Positions 13,746 through 27,824 of a DNA stretch of 64,000 bases are shown in pieces. The notes beneath the pieces are model-generated. The model saw only the letters and a program-made list of their open reading frames with translations, did not search any database and was not told the origin of the DNA. This DNA comes from the human T2T-CHM13v2.0 reference genome, Homo sapiens. How positions within the stretch are numbered: the stretch's first letter is position 1; the number at the start of each line of letters is the position of its first letter. The stretch is taken from assembly GCA_009914755.4 (NCBI GenBank), contig CP068257.2:13600001-13664000 (forward strand), read 5' to 3'. A program made the translations under genes and the position numbers.

Positions 13746-15184
13746 AACTTTATACTGTAAGATAAATGTGCATGTATATACATGTATATATGTATATGTG
13801 TATGTATATTTATATTCCCCCCCCAGACTGAATTGGTTGAATTTTCAAAGTGGGGAAATAGCCTGACTTGTTTTGCTAAATCCTCTTAGAGCATCAAAAC
13901 CATTTCTTGAAATTGATAGGTGCTAAATATATATTTTGATGATTAATTGGTATTTATCTTTTATTCTTTGCTTTAAAATTGTCCAGTTGCTTATTAAGAG
14001 CACGACTATTAATGATTTATGCAATATGATAGGCGCACATTCTGTTAGAATGATCACTTCTCAATAATTTAAACATTTTAAATGATCCTTTGATACTTTG
14101 TTAACATTCAGTAAATATTTGTAGATATTTCTTTCTTTGACAAATAGGATAGCTAACAGTATTTATGTTTTCAATCTTCAGTCTCTTTTTTTATGCCATA
14201 GGAAATGTTTTGCTAGTGTTTTATCATAGCTGGGTTAGTATGGGGAATGAATTTAGTATTCACATGGATAGATAACACATGTGCTTTTCTAGGTGTTTCA
14301 CTATCATTTAGCTTTAGCTAATAAGCACTTAAAGTCTTGTTGATTTTTCCCCAAAGACCCTTAGTCATCTATAACATTCTTGAATAATTGAGCTTTAAGT
14401 GGATGTTAATAGGGTTGATTATTTCAGAAATATACAGAAATGTCTTTACAAGATTAAATTTGAAATTTGTATTACCCCTAAGATACCAAGTTTTGAAATT
14501 CCCTTCTCAAAAACTGAAAGTTAAATAATACATGAAATAGAATGACTTGGGTTTTTGTTATTAGAATTTATATAGATAAGTTCTATTTTGTAAAAATATT
14601 CACCCTCATTGTAGAGCCCCTCTTAAAACAACAACAAAGGCAACAGCACCTGGATCCTAAAAATCGCTGCCAGTATAAATAAAATGCATCCGTAAGACTT
14701 TTCAAGAAGGCTTATTTTTAGGATATTCTCATTTCAAAGTCAACTGTTACTCTATGCTCTAAAGCTGTTTCCCTTATTTTAGATTAGCATATACCTGTTG
14801 ACATCAATTAGTCATCTAAGAATTGGCTGACAATCATTTGGAAAATATCATCGTTCACACATTCAACACTTACAGAACCTAAGTCCATATTTTTGGCAGT
14901 GGCAACTGGATTTGGATAGAGAGGGATTGGAGTCTTTCCCCACCATTATCCTCGCTGCTTTGGAGGTAGTTTCAATAGAACGTGAGTGAATAGTGGGGGC
15001 AAAAGAAGGCAGGATAACATTTACAACTATTTTCTACTCATTCATAAGAAATATCCTTTTCTTTTCTTTGTTTTAGAAGAAATGGCCCACCATGCTCCAA
15101 GAGCAAAATATCAATAACCTCATATTTGTCATCTCTTATATCATCTTTTCTAATACCCACAGCAACCCTGTGAATTTAGTAAGT

Positions 15185-15235
15185 TATTATTATCCTCATT
15201 TTACAGATAAGGAAACTACAATTAAAATAAGTTAA
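15185..15235 (-). mobile_element. MIR core fragment
   Basis: 'tattattatcctcattttacagataaggaaactacaatt' against 'tattattatccccattttacagatgaggaaactgaggc'. Confidence 0.5.
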
Positions 15236-16858
15236 TTAACTTATGAAGATGACACATGATTAAATGAAAGAACTGAGACTTCTTTAATAGAGGTCTTTGC
15301 CTTTAAGAGCGATGCATTTACTACTCTGCATATTGCCTGAGCTATTCCACAGAAAGTGGAAAATAAAATCATTGGCAAGTTAATGGATACATCTTTAATG
15401 GTATTCATAATTGTAATTGTGCTACATGATAATAATGGCATAGCAGACAAGCAGTGCACATAAATGGCTGAAATTAGCATGACTTTGAAGCATAGCCATA
15501 CTTAGTATTTCTGACATCTGGGATGAAGAGGAAAAGAGGACAGGGCAGAGTAGGAAGCTGCTAAGAATTCTTTCTAGATCTGTCACTCACAGTCTGCTTT
15601 TGGGTAACTGAAAACTTCATTTTATTTCCCCCCCTTCCTATCAAACTAGTTGAGAATTAGGTCTATGTACTACAGTATAAGATGGGCTGTGGGCTCAGGT
15701 CAAATCTACTGTTCTCTTAGAACAGGTTAGTTTCATCAGAGAGCAGTTGCCTCCACCCAACACACAGATATTAGCTAGGGATGTTTCCTTTTTGTACTTT
15801 AGTGGTGTTTTTCTCTTAATCCTGAAAGAGAGAGGTGATATGCAGTTTGTAGAGAACAAAGCAACCACAGCAGTTACTAGGTACAATCTAGAAGCAGTTT
15901 GCTTTGACAACACTCATCTCAATATCTGTGCTTCCACCTCCCCACCCAAGTTCTTCTTGGTTATCCTTTTCTAGACCTCTTAGTGAGAACTAGAGTCCTC
16001 TTCTTGTTCTAAGCCCTAACCTGAAGCATTCCCAAATTCTTCTAATTCTCAAATTATTTTAACCTCAAAGAAAACTTTTAATCCTTTAATATAGACCAAG
16101 ATTCAGCAAACTCTTTTGGTAAAGAGCCAGATAGTAAATATTTTTGCTCTGAGGGCCAGATGGTCTCATTCCCCACTACTGATCTATGCCATTTGTACTG
16201 TGAAAGCAGCCACAGCGATATATAAACAAATGAGCATAGCAGTGTTTCAATAAAACTTTATTTACAAAAATAGATAGAGTTCAGGCTGGATTTGGCCCAA
16301 AACTCATAGTTTGATGACCCCCGATGTAGACCATCTCTCTCATTATATACTATGCTCTGGCATTAAATTCGAAAAAGGAGAAAGGTAAAACTGGCATTGG
16401 TCCTGATTCGGTCAGTCAGTAGTGAAATATCAAAGCACTTACAATTGGCTAAGGTTTGTACTCCCTGCTGCAGATTTAGGGATTAACTTAGACTGGGATT
16501 TTTGATTCCTGCTACTTCCCCTTCTTCTCTCCAGCAGAAAAAGAGCAGGACTATATAGGCACAGGATAATCCAAATTAGTGTTTCACTTATTTTGCAACT
16601 GAATCCATACTCTACCAAGAAAGCCCTTAGTAAACTTTCAACCTGGGCAAAGTTTACCTATCTACCTTCTCTTCTGAATCTTGTCTTGTGCCTTATCTCT
16701 CATTCTCATGAAAATTGGTGCGCTCATTCTATTTGCTGGGGGTCTTCCTTCATCTCCTCCATATTCCACACTCTTCCTCTTCCACTCCTTATCCTCTTCA
16801 CAGAATATCTTCTCACTCTATTCAACACCAACACAATACCCTCAGAGGCTTGAAATTT

Positions 16859-16874
16859 ACAAATTACACTTCTT
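16859..16874. repeat. Target-site duplication (left copy) of the L1 insertion
   Basis: 'acaaattacacttctt'. An identical 16-mer recurs at 18909-18924, immediately beyond the L1 5' truncation point. Confidence 0.85.
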
Positions 16875-19073
<2,199 letters not shown>

Positions 19074-21274
19074 TTAAGCTGAATCCTGAATAAAGAGGGC
19101 CTCCCGTAGTTTTCTCAGTTTGCTGTAAGAAGAATGAAAAGAAAGCAGAGGTGTTTATTATGGGAGGTACTGGCAGCTCAAGGCGTACCTTGCTGTACCA
19201 GTTAAAACAGAACGTGTGTGACAGATGAATTTAGGCCAGTGCACACCATTCTGAGAAGTATGCCCCAATATTGGAAAGTAGAATTAAATATTTAAATATG
19301 TCAAAATGAAAATTTGCATTATCTCCACCCCCTTCTCATTGCTTCTCTCCTGATTTTCCAAGGATGGTTTTTGTTAGAATATCTAGGTAGTGAACTTTGA
19401 CTCAATTGTAAATCCAAATGCCTACAAGACTAGAGTCTAGGTAGTAGGCAATTGATGACTGGGTATTTTAAATGAGAAATAAAAACTTGCGTGAGTATTT
19501 GTGAATAGAGAAGTATACCAAGCAGTTTTTGTTGGCAGAAAATGGGGATAAGATTCTATACTAATCTGAAGAGAGAATTCAATGGTTATGTTGTAAAAGG
19601 ACAGAGGATAATGATGTATATAAAACAAGGAAGGAAGTCTATAAAATTCAATCAACTTCTATAAGCTAGTTTGGTACAAAAAAAAAAAAAACTGGGGAAG
19701 CTTGAACCAGCTCTGCATTCAGCAAACATAATGGATCTTGGCTGTCAGCCTACTCTGGTGCATTTATTTTCTCTAGGGAGTTGTTTTTATAGTGCAAGAA
19801 ACTGGTCTAAAAGGAGTTGGGGTTACTTGAGAATTGATGATTTACTATTTAGTCCTGGAAAAGCTGTAATGGCTTGGAAGTCTAATCTGCACCTGGTTTC
19901 ACATCAACGGATTCATCTCTCTTGCTTGATAAACATGTTCATTGGACAACAATGAAACAACTGGGGTAATTATGATGTGAGCTGACACTGCCGGTATAAA
20001 GGCAGCTTATGGTTGGACCCAGCCCAGCAAAAGCAAGATGAAGACTGCATTGAAAATTGAAAGTAGAAATTCATCAAAATTTCTCCAGAGATGAATGGGC
20101 TCTCATCTCTACTCCTTTCTAATAGCTTCCTCATCTTTCCTCTCTCCATGAACTAAGGGCTACTAACCATTTTTGTGCTATGACTGCCCTTGGCTTTTTG
20201 ATGAAATCTATGAAACCCTTCTCAGAAAATGCTTTCAACGAACACAATACATTCTGTAGAATTATAAAAGGAAAACAAAATATATCAAAATACAATTATA
20301 AAATAAAAATTTTATGATGTGTTCATTTACATGCTCCTTTGCAACATAATAAATAAAAAGATCTCAGCGGTATGTCTAATAACCATTATAATTTCAAAGT
20401 GGGGATGGGTTTAAATAGTATTTTGAAGGTTGTTACAGAAAATATCTGTAATTTCTACTGGAAGTAAAATAATTGGTATTGACAGTAGTCCTGTAGTTTT
20501 ATCTAGATTCATAATGTAGTAGGTGGTTGGCCAAAAGTAATTATTTTTCCCTCCCAAGTTCATGGGCCCTCTGAATTCTGTCCCAGATCAGGAATACCTG
20601 GGCTCAGCTTAAGAAGTGCTGCTATTTGCTATCTTCCATTTTTATCCTTGTACAAATTGGGAATCGGAGGTCCAGATTAACAGCTACACAGTCTCAGATC
20701 TAGAGCTCCCAGCTACATATCTAATTGTCCCAATGCCAAATCCCCAGGAGAGTCAATCCGATGGGCCAAGGGCCAGATATCCATTCCGATGCCAAAAAGC
20801 AATAGAAGGGTAGATAGAAAAGATCCTGTAAGACAAACATGTCTTCAACCCACTATCTTGGGAACATAAAGAGAGATTTTTCAAAGAAAGTGTACGTGTA
20901 AGGCAGATACCTCAAAAGGAGCCTTTTATAAGTACAGGTGTGGGACCCCTAACAGCAGCTGGAAAATTCCTTAGCAGAGCCTTACAGATACAATGAGGGA
21001 GTTCTTCTCATGGTGAAAAGCTATCACTATTCATTGGGAAGAAAAGTTATCTGTGCACAAATAAAAGTCTAGGCTGTTAGGTGTTTTACAAGTCCAATAT
21101 GACACTGTCCAGTAGAACATTCTGTGGTGTTGGTAATATTCTATAGCTGCACTGTCTAATGCAGTAGCCACTAGTCACACATAGCTATTGATCACTTGAA
21201 ATGTGGCTAGTGTGACTCAGAAGCTAAATTTTAAATTTGATTTATTTTTAATTAATTAATATTTAAATTTACAT

Positions 21275-21288
21275 AGCCACATGTGGCT
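21275..21288. repeat. Perfect 14-bp palindrome 'agccacatgtggct' inside a cluster of related inverted/direct 'tagccac..gtg' motifs (21160-21300)
   Basis: Read directly: 'gtagccactagtcacacatagc', 'atgtggctagtgtgactcag' and 'catagccacatgtggctagtagctacc'. An AT-rich spacer carries the palindrome 'ttaattaattaa'. Confidence 0.8.
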
Positions 21289-21604
21289 AGTAGCTACCAC
21301 AGTGAATGACTCAGGTCTAACCTATCCCACACTGCATCTCCATCAGTTTCCTACAACAGCAGCACTCCAGTCAAACTAGTAAAGAAATCTTACCTTTTGG
21401 CTTCTGACTTTGTTGAGGTTCTTTGCCTAGCTCAGGCATACACTCATAGTTTTTGTCCATTTCTCTAGGTCATTCTACACTTTATATTCCTAACTCATAT
21501 CCCACCTTCTGGAAGACTTCTGTTATCAGCCAAGTTCTCTGAAGTCTTAAGACACCTATTGCTATATCACCAATTGGGACAAATCACATGTCACTTGCTT
21601 CAGA

Positions 21605-21622
21605 TGTGTGTGTGTGTGTGTG
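21605..21622. repeat. (TG)9 microsatellite
   Basis: 'tgtgtgtgtgtgtgtgtg' followed by T7. Confidence 0.95.
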
Positions 21623-22552
21623 TTTTTTTCCAAAAGTTTTATAGTTTTTCTTCAAGTAGAGTGCATGCTTCTGAGGAGAAGAAAAATTTCTCATATCTTT
21701 TAAAAGACCTTGTTTTTTATATAGGTGTTCAGTACAATTTTGTTGAATTAGTTCACTGAATGCTTTGGAGATGTAGATGATGCAAATAAAGAGTGGAAAA
21801 ATCCATCAAGGCAAAGATGCCTGAAGGTAGAGTCACTGTGTGCCAAAAGATCACTTAAATATCTTAAAGAGAGGTCAGAAATTAATTTGGTGCTATCTTT
21901 TGGCAAATAAAGTGTTCTCCTTTTATGAATGAAACAACCAAAGTCTAATGATAGTGAATGATTTGCCAAGATCATATACCAGTAAAAGATGGAGGAGAAA
22001 CTGAGACCCAGGCCTTTGGCATTCAGCAGTATTCTATAGAGCAAGATGCTAGATAGATTGGGAACTCTTTAAGAAGCAAGAGAACAAGCCCAACAGAAAG
22101 AAGAAGAGGACAACAGAAAGGAAGCTCACAAAAAGAAATAGAAGAGAAGGTTTATGATGGATTTCCTTGATTTATTCAGATTGTGAAAACCTAACAGATA
22201 AATTTCCACAAAATTAAAGAAAATTCAAATATTAGATGGGTGAAGAAGTCCCTCCAATTTTAAATACCAGTAACTCATCATTTACCTGAGACTAGAAAAT
22301 AACTAGATATGCTTAAGATGCTTCTCCATTCTTGTTGGTCTCCGGTCTACATTCTTTCTGATAGGTACCTAGTGTGTATATTACACTTCACATGTGCATG
22401 GCATACTGCAGTGAATCAAGCAATCTGGGAGGGAAACCTTGCCAGAGGAGAAATCACTGAGAACATTTCCTCTAAGACTCCATGTAAAAATTGAAGAAAG
22501 TGTTAGAAAAAAAAAAAAGATAGCCGTCTCTACTAAAAAAATACAAAAAACA

Positions 22553-22917
<365 letters not shown>

Positions 22918-24303
22918 CTATCCAGTGGCAGCATCATAGAGGGATGATAAAATTCAACATTGCATAAGCGTCATATACCCCATATACCCACTGGACTCTT
23001 ATACTGGTACCTCAAAGCTGTCCTATCAGATCTGGCCTATTTTTCTTCATAGGCTAGAGTTAGGTAGGAAACAGAAGAAAGAAACTCTAGGATAAATAGT
23101 TAGATCTTTGTTTAGAGAAAGGAGATCCAAAAGTCAAAGAATTAGACATCCAGGTTGTGACTTGCTAAGCATACCCACTGGCTAAACAAAGCACTGGCAA
23201 GAACATTTCGACTACGCTATTGTTACTATACTAAAATCATTCTCACCTTTAAATTGGGAGAAACATGCTCGATAATCTTTCAAAGTGTCCAGTGTTCTAA
23301 CGTTCTTACTGAATGTGTACAGCATTGCACAAAGACCCTCAAATTAGTAAGACTACTTTACACAATGCCAAAGCCAGTGTGGTTTTCATGGGTTACAACC
23401 AACTTTTGCTCCTTAGTCATAAACTGGAACCTTTTCAAGTCATTCCATAAGTTCTTGGAAAAATGTCCGATCACCTTAATATGAATTTGTCTGAAAAACC
23501 AGATATCAAAACCAAAAGAGTGTCGAGACAAAATATATTTATATAGATAAGGAACACCTTCATCTTCAAGAGGAGCCACCGTTTAAGAGAACCAGCCTAT
23601 CAGTGGAGTCAATGGAGAGTGACTTCCAATGGAGAGTGAACATGTCAGCTACGGAAAATATAAAAACAAAAATCTGACCCATTGAGTGACCATGCCTGTC
23701 TACTACAAATATGGTGCTGTGCTTTAAGGATAAATATAAGTATCTTTTTGATAATAATATTATTAATAATGTGCATCATGTGCTTATGATATTCCAAGAT
23801 ACTTTGTTAAATCCTTTTAAGGATTATTTTATTTAATCCTTACAATAATCTTAATGTACGTTATTTCTATTATTCTTATTTGATTGATGAGGGAACTGAG
23901 GAAAGACAATTAAGTTAATTGCCCACAACACATGGGAAGGGTCAGAGCTAGGATTCAAAAGTAGGTAGGCAGACTCAAAGTACTGATACTCTTAACTACT
24001 ATGCTATAGTTCACACCTTGAAGTCCTCAACATAATTATCCAGTTTTCTCCAGCTTTTAAATAATAAACAATGGTATTAAGAGGAAAAAATTGTGTGAGA
24101 ATCTCCATTTTGAAAAACTATGACTTCTTAAAGTGAATTCATAAATGAATGTTTATGCCCCCTGCAAAATTCCTATGTTGAAGCCTTAACCAAGCCTTAA
24201 TCCACAGTGTGGCTGTATTTGGAGATGGGAGCCTCTAAGGAAGTAATTAAAGTGAAAAAGAGTGGGTCCCTGATCTAATAGAATTACTGTCCTTATAAGA
24301 AGA

Positions 24304-24618
24304 GATGCTAGAGGCTGGGCATGGTGGCTCACGCCTATAATTCCAGCACTTTGGGAGGCCAAGGTGGGCGGATCACCTGAGATCGGGATTTTGAGACCAG
24401 CATGACCAACATGGCGAAACCCCGTCTGTACCAAAAATACAAAAATTAGCTGGGCATGGTGGTGGGCACCTGTAATCGCAGCTACTCAGGAGACTGAGGC
24501 AGGAGAATCACTTGGACCCTGGAGGCAGAGGTTGCAGTGAGCTGAGATTGTGCCATGGCACTACAGCCTGGGCGACAAAGCGAGATTCCATCTCAAAAAA
24601 AAGAAAAAAAAAGAAAAG
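24304..24618 (+). mobile_element. Alu SINE (AluS-like), full length
   Basis: 'ggctgggcatggtggctcacgcctataattccagcactttgggaggccaaggtgggcggatcacctgag...gcctgggcgacaaagcgagattccatctcaaaaaaaagaaaaaaaaagaaaag'. Confidence 0.95.
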
Positions 24619-25385
24619 ATGATAGCTCTCTTTCTCTCTGCCCTATGCACTCACTGAGGATAGGCCTTTTGATAACTCAATGAGAAGGCAGCTATCTGCA
24701 AGCTAGGAAAGGAGCCCTCATCAGAAATTGAATTGGCCAGAACTTTGATCTTGACTTCTAGCCTCGAGAACTATGAGAAAATAAATTTTGGTTGTTGAAG
24801 CCATCCGATCTATGGTGTTTTCTTAAGGCAGCCTGAGCTGACTGAGACAGAAGCTTTAAACTGTAAATTCTCTTGTCAAACAAGGTGTTGTATATTTATA
24901 ACATGAAAAATGATTTTTAAAGATAGTCATTGAAGTGGAAATCTTAAACTAAAAACTTGTCACAGAACTCATATCTCTCCCCTCCTTAAAAAATATATTA
25001 TGAATCCCCAGTGTTTGTGACTCTTCTGTAGGAGAAAACTTGAGTTAACTGTTACTAGAACTCTCATCAGTAAAAATGTCACATTATTATGCCTATATTC
25101 AAAGATGAACTTAGCCAAATTATTTGTAAGTGGTGAAGTAAAGAAGTGGACACCTAGACCACTCCCATTGTTTCCAAATGTTTGCAGCAGGGACCCTTTC
25201 CTCTCTTCAAACAAACAAAAATATTATAGTATGAAGTTCTTTCAAAGAATGGAGTGTCACATTTAGTTAAAATAGAGATGAATTCAGCATAACTCTTAAA
25301 ATAATTTTTACAGTGTAAATTTTCCTTTCAGTTTCCATAGGCAGATTAATGTATAATTACTCTATAGACCACTAGAATATTCCAT

Positions 25386-25444
25386 TTCTTCTTCTTCTCC
25401 TCCTTCTCCTCCTCCTCCTCCTTCTTCTCCTTCTTCTTCTTCTT
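25386..25444. repeat. (CTT)n/(CCT)n polypyrimidine microsatellite
   Basis: 'cttcttcttctcctccttctcctcctcctcctccttcttctccttcttcttcttctt'. Sits directly 5' of a truncated antisense Alu. Confidence 0.95.
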
Positions 25445-25446
25445 TT

Positions 25447-25647
25447 ATTTTTTTCTGAGACACGGTCTTACTCTGTTGCCCAGGCTGAAGTGCAGTGGTG
25501 TGATCACAGCTCACAGCAGCCTTGAACTCTCAGGCTCAAGCAATCCTTCCACCTCAGCCTCCTACATAGCTGGAACTACAGGCATATGCCACCATGCCTT
25601 GCTTATTTTTTAATCTTTTTTTAGAGACTGGGTCTCACTATGTTGCC
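25447..25647 (-). mobile_element. Alu SINE, antisense, truncated (right monomer plus the start of the left monomer)
   Basis: 'tttttttctgagacacggtcttactctgttgcccaggctgaagtgcagtggtgtgatcacagctcacagcagccttgaactctcaggctcaagcaatccttccacctcagcctcctacatagctggaactacaggcatatgccaccatgcc...agagactgggtctcactatgttgcc', then non-Alu sequence. Confidence 0.85.
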
Positions 25648-26045
25648 TTCATAGTGTGCCATTTCACTACGTGGCTGGCAATTTTGTCTTTAAATGGAGA
25701 TGATAGTGTTGTTTATGTTATAAGTGGTCGTTATGAACATCAAAGGAAGTCATCCTCCTGAAGCCTTGAAAACTGTCAAGTTCTACTGAAATGTCATAGA
25801 TCATTATTACTGAGTTGTTTACTTTAAATGACCAATACCACATTTTGAATTTAAATCATGTGGTACTGTATTTTAAGGAGGTAGTAACCATGTAAGTTTA
25901 GAAGAAAAATTCAACATGCCCTGAATGTGTTTTTAAAAATAGATTACATTTTAAGTATATTTGGTGACAAAATATCTGTAATAAGTACAAGTTTTGTTAA
26001 GGCTATAATAAAATCATAAACCCTGCCTAATAAAGAACTTGTTCT

Positions 26046-26350
26046 GGCTGGGCACTGTGGCTCATGCCTGTAATCCCAGCATTTTGGGAAGCCAGTGCAC
26101 GCCAGATCACCTGCAGTCAGGAGTTTGAGACCAGCCTGGCTAAGATGGTGAAACCCCGTCTCTACTAAAAAACACACACACACAAATTGTCCGGACATGA
26201 TAGCGGGCACCTATAGTCCCAGCTACTCAGGAGGCTGAGGCAGAGAATCGCTTGAACCCAGGAGACAGAGGTTGCGGTGAGCTGAGATTGCACCACTGCA
26301 CTCCGTCCTGGGTGACAGAGCAAGACTCCCTCTCAAACAAACAAACAAAA
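26046..26350 (+). mobile_element. Alu SINE (AluS-like), full length, with a perfect 14-bp TSD
   Basis: 'ggctgggcactgtggctcatgcctgtaatcccagcattttgggaagcc...tgcactccgtcctgggtgacagagcaagactccctctcaaacaaacaaacaaaaa'. The flanks 'aaagaacttgttct' at 26032-26045 and 26351-26364 are identical. Confidence 0.95.
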
Positions 26351-26589
26351 AAAGAACTTGTTCTATGGGTAAAGTGATGAAAATTAATATGGCAGATTTC
26401 TGCAGAAAAGGGATATTTAATTTCAATTCAACCTGCATATGGTGAGTACTTGTCACCTGTAAGGTGCTGTGTCAGCTTCTGGGACATAAACAGAAAATTA
26501 TTGTGTATCTACTATTGGATTGTTTTATATGATATTTGGTGGTGATAGGGAAGGTAAGTGTTTTTAGGGACATTCAGGTAAATGGTGTT

Positions 26590-26947
26590 TGATATGCTTT
26601 GGCTGTGTCCCCACCCAAATCTCAGCCTGAATTGTATCTCCCACAATTCCAAGGTGTTGTGGGAGAGACCCAGGGAAATGTAATTAAATCACGGGGGCCG
26701 GTCTTTCCTGTGCTATTCTCATGATAGTGAGTAAGTCTCATGAGATCTGACAGGCTTATCAGGGGGTTCCCCTTTTGCTTCTCCATCATTTTTTTCTCTT
26801 GCCCCTGCCATGTAAGATGTGCCTTTCACCTCCCGCCATGATTCTGAGGCCTTCCCAGCCATGTGGAACTGTAGGTCCAATTAAACCTCTTTTCATTCCC
26901 AGTTTTGGGTGTGTTTTTATCAGGAGTGTGAAAATGGATTAATACAG
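26590..26947 (+). mobile_element. MaLR solo LTR of the THE1/MST class
   Basis: 'tgatatgctttggctgtgtccccacccaaatctcagcctgaattgtatctcccacaattccaaggtgttgtgggagagacccagggaaatgtaattaaatcacgggggccggtctttcctgtgctattctcatgatagtgagtaagtctcatgagatctgacaggcttatcaggggg...gccatgtggaactgtaggtccaattaaacctcttttc...aatggattaataca'. This is the hallmark THE1/MST LTR sequence with TG...CA termini. Confidence 0.8.
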
Positions 26948-27425
26948 TGTCCATTGATTGATCTGCAGCATAATATGAAAGGAATGAATTGGTAGAATAA
27001 GACAGCCTTATCAAAAAAACAGTGGAGTATTATCCTTATATACCTATTTCAAGGGCAATATTTGATTGCCAGGCACAGGCCTACTTTTCAAATATATGGT
27101 TCATGCAGCAAACAATAATTTTTGTTTTTTGGTTCTTGATACACAAAGCACCCAGTATCAATAATGATACACTAATAACCTAACAGAAAAGCCCTATACA
27201 TAACTTTTTTTCCTTTTCTTCCATGATGTTGAATCAGAGGTGCATTAAATCTGGCTCTTGTGACACTATTCCAGTTTTTATGTAAAAAAGCAACAAAATT
27301 CTGCTCAACAGGCAGAGGAATGAAAAAAGAAAATACTAAAAATGATTTTTGCTTAGGTACATATAACTTCTATGTTGTCATCTTTATTTTCCATCTGTAT
27401 CTCATTCTTTGTTTTCAGGCTGTAA

Positions 27426-27824
<399 letters not shown>

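Noticed and set aside
22526-22552. Considered calling the 27-bp Alu-linker-like piece a separate Alu fragment feature
   Set aside because: It is too short to call independently, and its origin is ambiguous (5' extension, template switch or older scrap). I report it as a finding only.
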